Positions 25,201 to 34,110 of a stretch of 64,000 nt of DNA are shown here, piece by piece. The first letter of the stretch is position 1. Each line of letters starts with the position of its first letter. The stretch lies in the NCBI GenBank assembly GCA_965219565.1, contig OZ244780.1:174287-238286 (forward strand), written 5' to 3'. The DNA is from Dehalococcoidia bacterium (GTDB taxonomy: Bacteria > Chloroflexota > Dehalococcoidia > Lucifugimonadales > JAGWBF01). A program made the translations under genes and the position numbers. Under the pieces are notes generated by a model. The model searched no databases and had not been told where the DNA came from. It worked only from the letters and a program-made list of their open reading frames with translations.

Positions 25201-25613
25201 CCGGTCGCATCCTCGCCGAGAAGAACGAAGTCGCGGGTGTTGGTGACCAGCACAAGCCGGTATTTGTTCCAATACTTGCTGACCTGACTGCTCTCGGCGG
25301 TTAACCAAGCGTCGTCACTCGCTGGTTTGACCTCAACGACGCCGCGTTCCGGAAGCTGTCCCTCTCGCGGTTGGCCCTTTTGCACCTGTTTGGCGCCATA
25401 CAGGCCAAAGTCGGGGTGGCCCGCGCCCTGCTGCGCCAGTTGGCTGACGCAGAACACTTTAGGTTTGAGTGTGCCGCCCACGGCATCCAGCAAGTTGGTC
25501 AGTGGGGGGTAGTAGGAAAGTTCATTGGTGCCCCCTCCCGACGCTCGTATTATGCGCAGATAGTTAAGGTAGTCTTCAACGGCTTTCGTCAGTTGAGTGG
25601 TCGTTCTTGGCAT
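22272..25613 (-). CDS. Single-polypeptide Type IIG / Type ISP-like restriction-modification enzyme (PD-(D/E)xK nuclease + gamma-class N6-adenine methyltransferase + C-terminal specificity domain), no helicase
   Basis: 1113 aa. HPDF...x24...VVEVKP nuclease-like motif, SAM motif VLDPCCGTGAYL, catalytic GNPPYNG, and a C-terminal YRPFDTRWLYW signature seen in Type ISP/IIG specificity domains. Confidence 0.75.
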   Translation of the reverse strand: MPRTTTQLTKAVEDYLNYLRIIRASGGGTNELSYYPPLTNLLDAVGGTLKPKVFCVSQLAQQGAGHPDFGLYGAKQVQKGQPREGQLPERGVVEVKPASDDAWLTAESSQVSKYWNKYRLVLVTNTRDFVLLGEDATGQPVKLETFRLAESEEAFESRLEKPRAFAKAVGPGLGEYLCRALTQQASIAEPKDLAWLLASYARDGLARVEAAGDAPSLNTVRSALEEALGVRFEGDRGAAFFRSTLVQTLFYGVFSAWVLWARQTPPPTSSFNWHDATWHLRVPVLEALFQQVSSPSQLKPLGLVEVLDWTASALDRVDRAAFFDKFNEGEAVPYFYEPFLEAFDPELRKQLGVWYTPPEVVRYMVARVDKALKDDLGIADGLAAENVYVLDPCCGTGAYLAEVLRRIAANLEGQGSGALAGAKVKQAATKRVFGFEIMPAPFVVAHLQVGLTMQDLDAPLSEDGAERAGIFLTNALTGWEPTVQKPLPFPELEEERDRAERVKQDTPVLVILGNPPYNGFAGMAVDEEQKLLEAYRTTKQVRRPEGQGLNDLYVRFFRMAERRIAEKTGRGVVCFISNYSWLDGLSFTGMRERYLEAFDAIRIDSLNGDKYKTGKTTPDGAPDPSIFSTPEDPVGIQVGTAITTLVRKADHGPAETVGFRHLWGQSKREELTETAEREPDTLYDSIQPNLPLGLPFGRMAVGDGWQDWPTLPDLFPTSFPGVKTSRDSFLVDVDLGRLKTRVMGYFNSHLSHEEFARRYRSFMDSTARYQARAVRDTLLKRGGPTESGFIRYAYRPFDTRWLYWEAETKLLDEKRAEYKPDVFAGNLWLVFQRKARPELSPPLVISDMGDLNQMNSGVYCVPTLLRGNELSLSDNDKRHRPNLSEAAQSYLNRLGAGVEDLFHHVLAVLHDPAYREANASALRMEWPRISLPGWPDGDTDGAEEELAASAARGRELAALLDSDKPVPGVTEGTLRPEIAAIAVPSTADGGNMAGDDFAMTAGWGHFGQGEAVMPGQGRVVERPYTTDETAAMGESVKILGTTTFDVYLNDRAYWRNVPAAVWNYKLGGYQVLKKWLSYRERNVLGRALLPEEVQHFTDTARRIATILTLVSQT

Positions 25614-25655
25614 GTTTCCAAGGGGGTGCCAAAAGGGGCGGGAAGGTGTTACGCC

Positions 25656-26381
25656 CTAATCCGCTTGGATGGATTCCGGGGCAGGGGCGTGCTCGTGGGA
25701 CTCGCAGGCCACCCAGCGGGCCTCTCCGTCCTCGAAGTGTTCCTTCTTCCAGATGGGGACCCGCTCTTTCAGCAGGTCGACGGCCTCGTGGCAGGCGTGG
25801 AACGCTTCTTTGCGGTGTGGTGAAGCCGTCGCCACGACCAGGCTGATTTGGCCGATGTCCACCGTGCCTATACGGTGGGATATGGCCATGTCCTCTATGC
25901 CGTACTTGGCCAGGACTTCGAGCCGGACCTTTTCCAGCTCACTGACAGCCATCTCTTCGTAGGCCTCGTACTCCAGCCCAAGCACCTGCCTGCCCTCGGC
26001 GTGGTTTCTGGTGACGCCCAGGAAGGTGACCACCCCTCCGTTGGAGTCCTTCCGCACCAGAGCGGTGATTTGTTCGGGGTCCAGCGGTTCGCGAGTCACG
26101 GTTATCATGGGCTGACCTCCGCTGACGGGGGGAATAAGGGCCACTTCATCTCCCGAATGCAACACCGTGCTCCCCTCGACGTACTCGGCGTTCACCGCCG
26201 CGACGATGTCTACGCCGGGCGGGGCTAGCTGGGGGAAGATGTCGCGTACGTGGGCAATCAGATCGCCCACTGTGGAGTTTTCGGGAAGCTCCAGGGGCAT
26301 GGAACTCCGGCCCGCCCTCTCCCTGTAGAGGGCAAAGAATCGGACAGCCACTTTGACGCCTTGCCGGGTTCCCTGGGCCAT
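25656..26381 (-). CDS. moaE: Fused molybdopterin synthase MoaD-MoaE (MoaX-like)
   Basis: The N-terminal ~90 aa is a ThiS/MoaD fold ending in PPVSGG. It is followed directly by the MoaE core (MITVTREPLD...VVTFLGVTRNH...HRKEAFHACHEAVDLLKERVPIWKKE). Confidence 0.85.
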   Translation of the reverse strand: MAQGTRQGVKVAVRFFALYRERAGRSSMPLELPENSTVGDLIAHVRDIFPQLAPPGVDIVAAVNAEYVEGSTVLHSGDEVALIPPVSGGQPMITVTREPLDPEQITALVRKDSNGGVVTFLGVTRNHAEGRQVLGLEYEAYEEMAVSELEKVRLEVLAKYGIEDMAISHRIGTVDIGQISLVVATASPHRKEAFHACHEAVDLLKERVPIWKKEHFEDGEARWVACESHEHAPAPESIQAD

Positions 26382-26500
26382 GTCATGGACATGATAGCAC
26401 AGGAACGGGACAGTGTCTTATGATATACTCCTGCATGCGATAAACGGAGCCGAGAAGGGCTCTGTCATACCTGAATAGTTTGCAGGAAGGAACGTAGAAG

Positions 26501-27718
26501 ATGCCCGCCTCAGTGACCTTCATTGAAGGAGGCGCAATAACCACGCCCCTGGGTTTTCTCGCCGGCGCCACTTACGCGGGCATAAAGACCTACGCGGAGG
26601 ACAAGCTGGACCTGGGCCTGCTCCTGTCAGAGAGGCCCGCGGCGACCGCCGGAGTCTATACCACCAGCGCCATCGTCTCCCCCTCCGTGACCTTGACCCG
26701 TGAACGGGTGTCGAAGCAGGGGGTCCGGGGGCTGGTCGTGAACAGCGGCATCGCCAACGCATGTGTCGGAACGCAAGGCTACACCGATGCCCTGGAGGCT
26801 ACCTCCTTGGCGGCTGCCTGTCTGGGCCTGTCGCCGGATGAGGTGGTGATAGGAAGCACCGGCCTCATTGGTGTCGAGCTTCCCATGGCCCTGATTCGTG
26901 CGAACCTGGGGAACATTAGCCTCACCCGCGACGGGGGCGGCGGTCTGGCCAGCGCCATCACCACAACTGACTCTCATCCCAAGCAGGCGGCGGTGTCCTT
27001 CCGGCAAGGCGAGAAGGAGGTTCACGTCGGAGGCATAGCCAAGGGCGCCGGAATGATTCATCCCGATATGGCCACCATGCTGGCATACCTGACCACCGAC
27101 GCCGACGTGGAGACTTCCTTCCTCCAAAAGGCTCTGAAGATGGCTGCTGACGCTTCCTTCAACAACCTGTCCATCGACGGCGACTCCAGCACCAACGACA
27201 CGACCCTCATCTTCGCCAACGGAGCGGCAGGGGCCTCGACTATAAAGGAAGGGTCTCCCGACGCCGCCAGTTTCCAGGAGGCCCTGGAAGCTCTGTGCAT
27301 CCATCTAACTAAGGAACTGGCCCTGGACGGTGAGGGCGCAACTCGCCTCATCGAGGTTACTGTGGATGGGGCAGTTTCCGATGAGGAAGCACGCAGGGCT
27401 TCGAGGACCGTGGTCTCCTCCACGCTGGTCAAGTCAGCCGTCCACGGCGCGGACCCCAACTGGGGCAGAATAGTTGCCGCCCTGGGCAGAAGCGGAGCCC
27501 AGGTGGTGGAAGAGAAGATAGCGCTCTACGTGAACGACGTGTGCATCATGGAGGACGGACGGCCTATTCCTTTCCATAAGGACTCGGTCATCGTGCTGAT
27601 GCAGGGCGGCCAGGTGTCCTTCAGAATCAGGCTGGGGTTGGGCGACGGCGCAGCCACGGCCTGGGGCTGCGATCTCAGCGAAGACTACGTAACATTCAAC
27701 AGCGCCTATACAACCTAG
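26501..27718 (+). CDS. argJ: Bifunctional ornithine acetyltransferase / N-acetylglutamate synthase ArgJ
   Basis: 405 aa with KGAGMIHPDMATMLAYLTTDA (autocleavage site ATML). Confidence 0.92.
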   Translation: MPASVTFIEGGAITTPLGFLAGATYAGIKTYAEDKLDLGLLLSERPAATAGVYTTSAIVSPSVTLTRERVSKQGVRGLVVNSGIANACVGTQGYTDALEATSLAAACLGLSPDEVVIGSTGLIGVELPMALIRANLGNISLTRDGGGGLASAITTTDSHPKQAAVSFRQGEKEVHVGGIAKGAGMIHPDMATMLAYLTTDADVETSFLQKALKMAADASFNNLSIDGDSSTNDTTLIFANGAAGASTIKEGSPDAASFQEALEALCIHLTKELALDGEGATRLIEVTVDGAVSDEEARRASRTVVSSTLVKSAVHGADPNWGRIVAALGRSGAQVVEEKIALYVNDVCIMEDGRPIPFHKDSVIVLMQGGQVSFRIRLGLGDGAATAWGCDLSEDYVTFNSAYTT

Positions 27719-27752
27719 ACTGTCATGGCCATAAGCTGCCCGAAACGCCCGC

Positions 27753-28616
27753 GTGTCGGTCCGCATTTTCCTACGGAGGCCCCAGTTTCCTGTGGACGCT
27801 AGCCCTTCCAGGCCGCCCAGTCCGATAGTGGTGAAGATCGGAGGTTCGACTCTGGGCGCCCATGACACCACGCTGGAAGACCTGGCCGCATTGCAACAGG
27901 ATGGAGTACCATTGGTGGTGGTCCACGGGGGCGGCAGCATAATCTCCCAGTGGATGGAGAAGCAGGGGACCGTTCCCAGATTTGTAGGAGGGCTGAGAGT
28001 CACCGACGCCGCCAGCCTGGAAATTGCTACCGCAGTCCTGACGGGCCTCGTGAACAAACAGCTGGTGGCATCGCTTATCGGCATGGGAGTCAAGGCGGTC
28101 GGCTTCAGCGGTGTCGACGGAGGGCTTCTTCAGGCCCGCGTCGCCAATGAGGAGTTAGGATACGTAGGCGAGATCACCGACGTGAATCCTGACGCGGTGT
28201 GGACTGCCCTCGAAGCTGGCTATATGCCCATGATAGCCCCGATAGGGATGCACAGGCTCGACGGCTCCGCTATGGCTGGCTCCCTGCTCAATATCAACGG
28301 TGACACCGCGGCGGGCGAGTTGGCCCGGGCGTTGGGTGGAGATAGGCTGATTTTCTTGACCGACGTGGACGGTATACTGGACGGCTCAGGTAGACTTATT
28401 CACAGACTTAACACCAGAAACGGCAGAATATTGCTTTCCTCAGGAGTAGTGAAGGGCGGTATGATACCGAAGCTGCAAGCTTGTCTAAATGCCCTGGACG
28501 GGGTCCAAGTCGCCAACATTGTGGACGGCCGCCGCCCCGGGGCCCTCATCGATTGCATTGAGGGCCGGGTCACGGGCACCCAGATTGTAAGGAGCGGCTC
28601 GTCTGGGCGAGTTTAG
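27753..28616 (+). CDS. argB: Acetylglutamate kinase ArgB (start uncertain)
   Basis: Motifs VVKIGGST, VVVHGGG, NINGDTAAGELA. Non-ATG start; alternative GTGs lie downstream. Confidence 0.88.
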   Translation: MSVRIFLRRPQFPVDASPSRPPSPIVVKIGGSTLGAHDTTLEDLAALQQDGVPLVVVHGGGSIISQWMEKQGTVPRFVGGLRVTDAASLEIATAVLTGLVNKQLVASLIGMGVKAVGFSGVDGGLLQARVANEELGYVGEITDVNPDAVWTALEAGYMPMIAPIGMHRLDGSAMAGSLLNINGDTAAGELARALGGDRLIFLTDVDGILDGSGRLIHRLNTRNGRILLSSGVVKGGMIPKLQACLNALDGVQVANIVDGRRPGALIDCIEGRVTGTQIVRSGSSGRV

Positions 28617-28653
28617 GCGGATTAGTTCGAGACGGCACAGTTAGGAGCATGAT

Positions 28654-31476
28654 TTGACTACCAACGGAGGAGGGGCGCCACCGCCCGATTACAGTAGGTA
28701 CGCAGGACTGCCCAGCACTACCAACTTCAAGGCCATCGGAAAGATTGCCGGCGTCATCGGGGTCATCGTCATCGTCATCATTGCCCTGTCGGTGATCAAG
28801 ACCATCTACACTGACTGGCTTTGGTTCGACAAACTCGGCGTCCTCAGCGTGTACAAGACAATACTCGGAACACGGATATGGCTGTTCTTCGGCGGGGCGG
28901 TCCTGGCCGCTATAGTAATAGCCGCCAACCTCCACTTGGCCCACCGTTTCTCCAGGGGGGAATCAACTCTGCCCGTGCCTCCGGAGGTCATCCGCTTTGG
29001 GCGCATCGCCATTCTCGCAGGAGCGGCGCTCACCGTTTTTATAGCTGCCATCGTGTTCGGAGCGGTGGCCCAGGGCAGGTGGGAGACTATTCTAATCTTC
29101 ATGAACAGGGTTCCCTTCGGCATTGAGGACCCCCAGTTCAGCAAAGACATGTCCTTCCACGTGGCGGTGATGCCTATCCTCCATTTCGTACAAGGGTGGG
29201 TGATGGGACTGGTGATAGCCGCTATTGTAACGTCGGCGGTCCTCTATCTGGTCAACTTCGGCATACGGGGCCTCACGTTCGGCTTGACACCCCGGCTGAG
29301 GACCCACCTGGCTGTGCTGGGCGCCGTTCTGATGTTGACCATATCCGTCGCCCACTATCTGGATATCTACGAATTGGTGTTTTCTGGACGCGGCGCGGCC
29401 CCCGGCGCAGGCTACACTGACGTCAACGCTCGGGTCCCCGTGTTATGGCTGCTGGTGGCCATCTCCCTGGTCTCGGCGGTGGGTTTCGCGGCCTCCATAT
29501 TCTACGGCGGTGGGCGATTGATGGTCGCCGCCTTCACCCTATGGGCGGTCATAGCCATCGTGGCCGGGGTCATCTATCCCTCAGCCTTCCAGCGTCTACG
29601 GGTTGCGCCCAACGAGTTTGTGCGTGAAGAGCAGTACATCGACAGGGCCATCGTCGCCACGCGGGATGCGTACAACCTCAATCTGATTGAAGAGACGGTC
29701 TTCGACTACGAGCCCTCTCTCGATAGCCAGACCATTGTCGACAACGAGGAGACAGTCCGGAACATCCGGCTTTGGGACCACAGGCCCCTTCTGGACACTT
29801 ACAACCAGATTCAGACCTTCCGCCAGTACTACAACTTCGTCGGCGTAGACGTAGACCGTTACCGATTCCAGGACGGCGAGTTGCAGCAGGTGATGCTGGC
29901 TGCCAGGGAGCTGTTCCCCGAACGTTTAGAGGAGGACGCCCAGAACTGGGTCAACCGCACTCTCGCCTACACCCACGGGTTTGGTGTCACCGTAAGCCCG
30001 GTAAGCTCCTACACCGAGGAGGGCAGGCCCGAATTCTTTGTCGAAGGACTGCCCCCTGTGGGCGACCTGACGGTGGACCGGCCCGAAATCTACTTCGGTG
30101 AGAACACAAGCAACTACGTCGTCGTGGACACGGCAACCCGGGAATTCGATTTCCCCGGAAGCCAGGGTGAACCCGTCCTGAAAAACTATGAGGGGGACGG
30201 CGGCGTGGCCCTCGGCTCCTTCTTCCGGCGGGCCGCATTTGCATGGAGGTTCTTGGACTTCAACCTCCTCATCAGCGGCGAGCTCAGCTCTGGCAGCAAG
30301 GTCATGTTCCACAGAGAAATAACCGAGCGAGTCTCCGTGATGGCGCCCTTCCTAAAGCTGGACAGCGACCCCTACATTGTTGTAGGCGATGGCGGCAAGC
30401 TCTGGTGGATAATCGACGCTTACACAACCACGGACCGCTATGCCTACTCCCAACGGTTCGAGGACTATAACTACATTCGCAACAGTGTGAAGGTCGTGGT
30501 TGACGCCTATAACGGGGACGTCCACTTCTTCGTCAGAGAACCCAGCGACCCCATGATTCAAATGTACCGGAACGCGTTCCCGGACCTCTTCCAGGACTTT
30601 GACGCCATCGACCAACTGGACCCCTCCCTCAGAGAGCACATCCGGTACGGGTTCGACCTGTTCCAGGCCCAGTCCGACCTAAACCTCAGGTACCACATGA
30701 AAGAGCCGCAGAAATTCTTCCTCCGGGACGACCTGTGGGCCAGGGCTCGGGAGGTCTTTGAGACTCCCACCAACACCCAGGACATCGAACCTTACTACAT
30801 CATCATGAAGCTGCCCGGCGAGGAAAACGTCGAGTATGTACTTCTGTTGCCCTTCACTCCGGCGGGGGAGGAGCGGAAGAACATGGTCGGGTGGATGGCT
30901 GCCCGCAGCGACGGAGAGAACTACGGCAAGCTGATTACGTTCCTTTTCCCCAAAGGCCAGGTGGACGGCCCCGAGCAGATCGAGGGCCGGATAACCAGCG
31001 ACGAGGACATAGGAAGGGAGCTCAGCCTGCTCTGCCCGGAAGGGAAGGTCTGTGTGCGGGGCAACCTGCTGGCCATTCCCATGCAGGTCGCTAGGGAAGA
31101 CGGCAGTGAAAGCCAGACCCTGCTCTATGTAGAACCTCTCTACATCCGCGCCGAGAACCTGCCCCTCCCCGAGCTGAAAAAGGTGATTGTCGCCGACAAC
31201 CGGCAGGTAGTAATGTCGGACACCCTCGAGGAGAGCTTGTGTATACTGGTCAACGGGGCCGAGGCTTGCGCAGACACCTTGACGCCGCAGATTCCTCGCC
31301 CTACAACTCCGACGGACGGCGTCGACGGCCAGAGACCGACCCTGTCCCAGGAGGCAATCGACGCCATAATCGGCGAAGTCCAAAATCTGGAGGGTTCCGT
31401 CGAGGGACTGCTGGAAAGCCTCGAACGCTTGAGGCAGACCATCGAACGGATGCAGGCGGAAGATTCGGGGCAGTGA
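28654..31476 (+). CDS. UPF0182-family large polytopic membrane protein
   Basis: 940 aa. About 7 N-terminal TM helices beginning TDWLWFDKLGVLSVYKTILGTRIWLFF, then a large soluble C-terminal part. The family is recognised from memory only. Confidence 0.6.
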   Translation: MTTNGGGAPPPDYSRYAGLPSTTNFKAIGKIAGVIGVIVIVIIALSVIKTIYTDWLWFDKLGVLSVYKTILGTRIWLFFGGAVLAAIVIAANLHLAHRFSRGESTLPVPPEVIRFGRIAILAGAALTVFIAAIVFGAVAQGRWETILIFMNRVPFGIEDPQFSKDMSFHVAVMPILHFVQGWVMGLVIAAIVTSAVLYLVNFGIRGLTFGLTPRLRTHLAVLGAVLMLTISVAHYLDIYELVFSGRGAAPGAGYTDVNARVPVLWLLVAISLVSAVGFAASIFYGGGRLMVAAFTLWAVIAIVAGVIYPSAFQRLRVAPNEFVREEQYIDRAIVATRDAYNLNLIEETVFDYEPSLDSQTIVDNEETVRNIRLWDHRPLLDTYNQIQTFRQYYNFVGVDVDRYRFQDGELQQVMLAARELFPERLEEDAQNWVNRTLAYTHGFGVTVSPVSSYTEEGRPEFFVEGLPPVGDLTVDRPEIYFGENTSNYVVVDTATREFDFPGSQGEPVLKNYEGDGGVALGSFFRRAAFAWRFLDFNLLISGELSSGSKVMFHREITERVSVMAPFLKLDSDPYIVVGDGGKLWWIIDAYTTTDRYAYSQRFEDYNYIRNSVKVVVDAYNGDVHFFVREPSDPMIQMYRNAFPDLFQDFDAIDQLDPSLREHIRYGFDLFQAQSDLNLRYHMKEPQKFFLRDDLWARAREVFETPTNTQDIEPYYIIMKLPGEENVEYVLLLPFTPAGEERKNMVGWMAARSDGENYGKLITFLFPKGQVDGPEQIEGRITSDEDIGRELSLLCPEGKVCVRGNLLAIPMQVAREDGSESQTLLYVEPLYIRAENLPLPELKKVIVADNRQVVMSDTLEESLCILVNGAEACADTLTPQIPRPTTPTDGVDGQRPTLSQEAIDAIIGEVQNLEGSVEGLLESLERLRQTIERMQAEDSGQ

Positions 31477-31510
31477 CCATGCTCGACAGAAAAATAGAAG
31501 GAGGCGCCCA

Positions 31511-32716
31511 ATGAGCGACGTCGAACCTCGCTCCTCCAGCGACTGGATGGAGCTTGAAAAGAAGTACTATATGTTCACCGTGCGGCGTCAGCCGGTGGTG
31601 ATAGAAAAGGGTGACGGGAGCTGGGTCTGGGACGTTGAGGGGAACGAGTACCTGGACTTCTGCGCCGGATGGGCCGTGGACAACCTGGGGCACAGCCACC
31701 CGGCCATCACCTCCGCCATCATGGAGCAGGCCTCGACGCTGCTCCAAACGTCCAACCAGTTCTACACTCTGCCACAGTTGCGGCTTGCCCAGCTGTTGGT
31801 GGAGAACAGCGCCTTGGAAAAAGTGTTCTTCAGCAACAGCGGCGCCGAGGCTGTTGAGGGGGCCATCAAGCTGGCCCGCAAGCACGGAAAGAAGACCCGC
31901 GACGGCGCCTACGAGATCATCACCGCGAACCATTCCTTCCACGGCCGCACGTTGACGGCCCTGTCAGCCACTGGCAACCCCCACTACCAGGAGCCTTTCC
32001 AGCCCGTGACTCCCGGCTTCGTCCATGTGGACTACGACAACGTCGAGGCCATAATGGAAGCCACCAACGACCGCACCGCCGCCGTTCTGCTGGAGCCGGT
32101 GCAGGGCGAGGGCGGCGTCAACGTCCCTGCCGACGACTATTTCAAGCGCGTCCGGGAATGGTGCGACAACCAAGGGCTTCTCCTGGTCCTGGACGAGGTC
32201 CAGACCGGGTTCGGCCGCCTGGGCAGCCTTTTTGGATACGAGCAGTTCGGAATCGAGCCTGACGCAATGGCCCTCGGCAAGGGTCTTGGAGGCGGAGTGC
32301 CCATAGGAGCCTTCATGTCCAAGGACGCGTGCATGGCCCTGGAACCGGGCGACCACGGCTCCACCTACGGCGGCAACGCCCTCACCTGCGCCGCCGCCTA
32401 TGCCTCAACCAAGGTCATCATCGACCAGGACCTGTCGGCCAACGCCCGTGTTATGGGACAAAGGCTGATGGAAGGGTTGGAGGCGGTGGGTTCCAGGACC
32501 GGAAAGCTCAAGGACGTGCGGGGCAAGGGGCTGCTGATTGCCGCCGAGTTCCCCGACGAAATCTCGGCCCAGGTTGTGGGCCAGTGCAACAAGGAGGGGC
32601 TGCTTTTGAACCCTGTCCGCCCCAACGCCATCAGGTTCATGCCGCCCCTTAACGTGAATGCCGACGAAATAGACGGGGCCCTCTCCAGGTTCGAGACGGC
32701 CCTGGGCAAAATTTAA
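31511..32716 (+). CDS. argD: Acetylornithine aminotransferase ArgD
   Basis: Class-III aminotransferase with SNSGAEAVEGAIKLAR, LVLDEVQTGFGRLG, and a PLP-lysine region ALGKGLGGG. Confidence 0.9.
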   Translation: MSDVEPRSSSDWMELEKKYYMFTVRRQPVVIEKGDGSWVWDVEGNEYLDFCAGWAVDNLGHSHPAITSAIMEQASTLLQTSNQFYTLPQLRLAQLLVENSALEKVFFSNSGAEAVEGAIKLARKHGKKTRDGAYEIITANHSFHGRTLTALSATGNPHYQEPFQPVTPGFVHVDYDNVEAIMEATNDRTAAVLLEPVQGEGGVNVPADDYFKRVREWCDNQGLLLVLDEVQTGFGRLGSLFGYEQFGIEPDAMALGKGLGGGVPIGAFMSKDACMALEPGDHGSTYGGNALTCAAAYASTKVIIDQDLSANARVMGQRLMEGLEAVGSRTGKLKDVRGKGLLIAAEFPDEISAQVVGQCNKEGLLLNPVRPNAIRFMPPLNVNADEIDGALSRFETALGKI

Positions 32717-32730
32717 CCGAGGCGGCGTGC

Positions 32731-33957
32731 ATGCCCGATAAGTCCGACAAACCCGACAAGATAGTTCTCGCCTATAGCGGCGGCCTGGACACATCTGTGG
32801 CGGTCCGCTGGCTCAAAGAGGAGTACGGCTCCGACATCGTCACCTTTACCGTGGACCTGGGCATGGTGGACCTGGAGCCTGTCAGGAAGAAGGCCCTTCA
32901 GATAGGGGCTGTTGAGGCTCTGGTCGCCGACGCCAAGGACGAGTTCTACAGCGACTACATCTGCCCCGCCCTCCGAGCCGGAGCAATATATGAGGAGCAA
33001 TACCCCCTGGCCACGGCCTTGGGCAGGCCCCTTATAGCGCAACGTCTGGTGCAAGCGGCCCGGCAGGTGGGCGCCGCCGCTGTGGCCCACGGATGCACGG
33101 GCAAAGGCAACGACCAGGTCAGGCTTGACGTGGGCGTGGCAGCGTTGGCTCCCGATCTGAGGGTGATAGCTCCCATTCGCGATTGGGGCATGAGCCGGGA
33201 GGAAGAGATAGAGTACGCCCGCCAGAGGGACATTCCAGTTCCCACCGGAAAGAGTCCCTACTCCACTGACGAAAACCTCTGGGGCCGGAGCATCGAGGCA
33301 GGAGACCTGGAAGACCCCTGGACTGAGCCCCCGGAAGCGGCTTACGAATGGACAAGGCCCGTCTCCGAGACACCCGACGAACCTGCGTACGTGGTGATTG
33401 GCTTCAGGGAAGGCTTGCCCGTGTCGGTGGACGGTGAGGAGATGCAGGGGGTAGATCTGATCTGGCACCTGAACCGGACGGCGGGCGAGCATGGCGTCGG
33501 GCGCATCGACCACGTGGAGAACAGGCTGGTGGGCATTAAGTCCAGGGAGGTCTACGAGTCCCCCGCGGCCGTAGCGCTCCACGCGGCCCACAAGGGGTTG
33601 GAAGCAATCACCCTGGGCAAGGAGCAGCTTCGCCTTAAGGCCCGTATCGCCCAGGAGTATGCCGACGTCGTGTACAACGGCCTATGGTTCACCCAGCACC
33701 GTTGGGACATGGATGCATACGTCGAGTCCACACAGCGAGTGGTGGATGGAACCGTGCGGATGCGCTTCCACAAGGGGACGTGCACCGTCGTTGGCCGCAA
33801 GTCGCCCAACTCCCTCTACAACTACGGCTTGGCCACCTACGACCGGGCTGACGCATTCGACCATAAGTCCGCCGAAGGGTTCATAGCCATATACGGCTTG
33901 CCCGTGCGCAACCAGGCCCAGGTGCGACGGGAGACTAGCGGGCCCGACGGAGTATAA
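32731..33957 (+). CDS. argG: Argininosuccinate synthase ArgG
   Basis: Motifs VLAYSGGLDTSV and GCTGKGNDQVR. Confidence 0.92.
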   Translation: MPDKSDKPDKIVLAYSGGLDTSVAVRWLKEEYGSDIVTFTVDLGMVDLEPVRKKALQIGAVEALVADAKDEFYSDYICPALRAGAIYEEQYPLATALGRPLIAQRLVQAARQVGAAAVAHGCTGKGNDQVRLDVGVAALAPDLRVIAPIRDWGMSREEEIEYARQRDIPVPTGKSPYSTDENLWGRSIEAGDLEDPWTEPPEAAYEWTRPVSETPDEPAYVVIGFREGLPVSVDGEEMQGVDLIWHLNRTAGEHGVGRIDHVENRLVGIKSREVYESPAAVALHAAHKGLEAITLGKEQLRLKARIAQEYADVVYNGLWFTQHRWDMDAYVESTQRVVDGTVRMRFHKGTCTVVGRKSPNSLYNYGLATYDRADAFDHKSAEGFIAIYGLPVRNQAQVRRETSGPDGV

Positions 33958-34010
33958 TCGGCCCCAATCAATCTGCAAGGAAGACTCAGGAGTAGGCGAG
34001 ACTGTTGCAA

Positions 34011-34068
34011 GCCCTCTTCCCCCTCAGGGGGAAGATTGAGATGGGGGTGAACGGGGTGGTGTGGGGAG
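34011..34068. repeat. REP-like palindromic unit
   Basis: CTTCCCCC-TCA-GGGGGAAG hairpin followed by GATGGGGGTGAACGGGGTGG. It lies immediately upstream of argH. Confidence 0.55.
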
Positions 34069-34110
34069 ACCGCCGTAGGGTTGCGTTAAGCTCTTGTCTG
34101 CGGGAGATTC

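Noticed and set aside
20580-25660. att-like direct repeats flanking the IIG / pentapeptide / retropepsin island.
   Set aside because: Only a 7-mer (CAAGGGG) is shared between the two borders, which is not distinguishable from chance. No integrase is present.
26382-26500. ArgR operator (ARG box) in the moaDE-argJ divergent region (CCTGAATAGTTTGCAGG).
   Set aside because: Only half of the 18-bp ARG-box consensus is matched, and no second tandem box is present. This is too weak to report as a feature.
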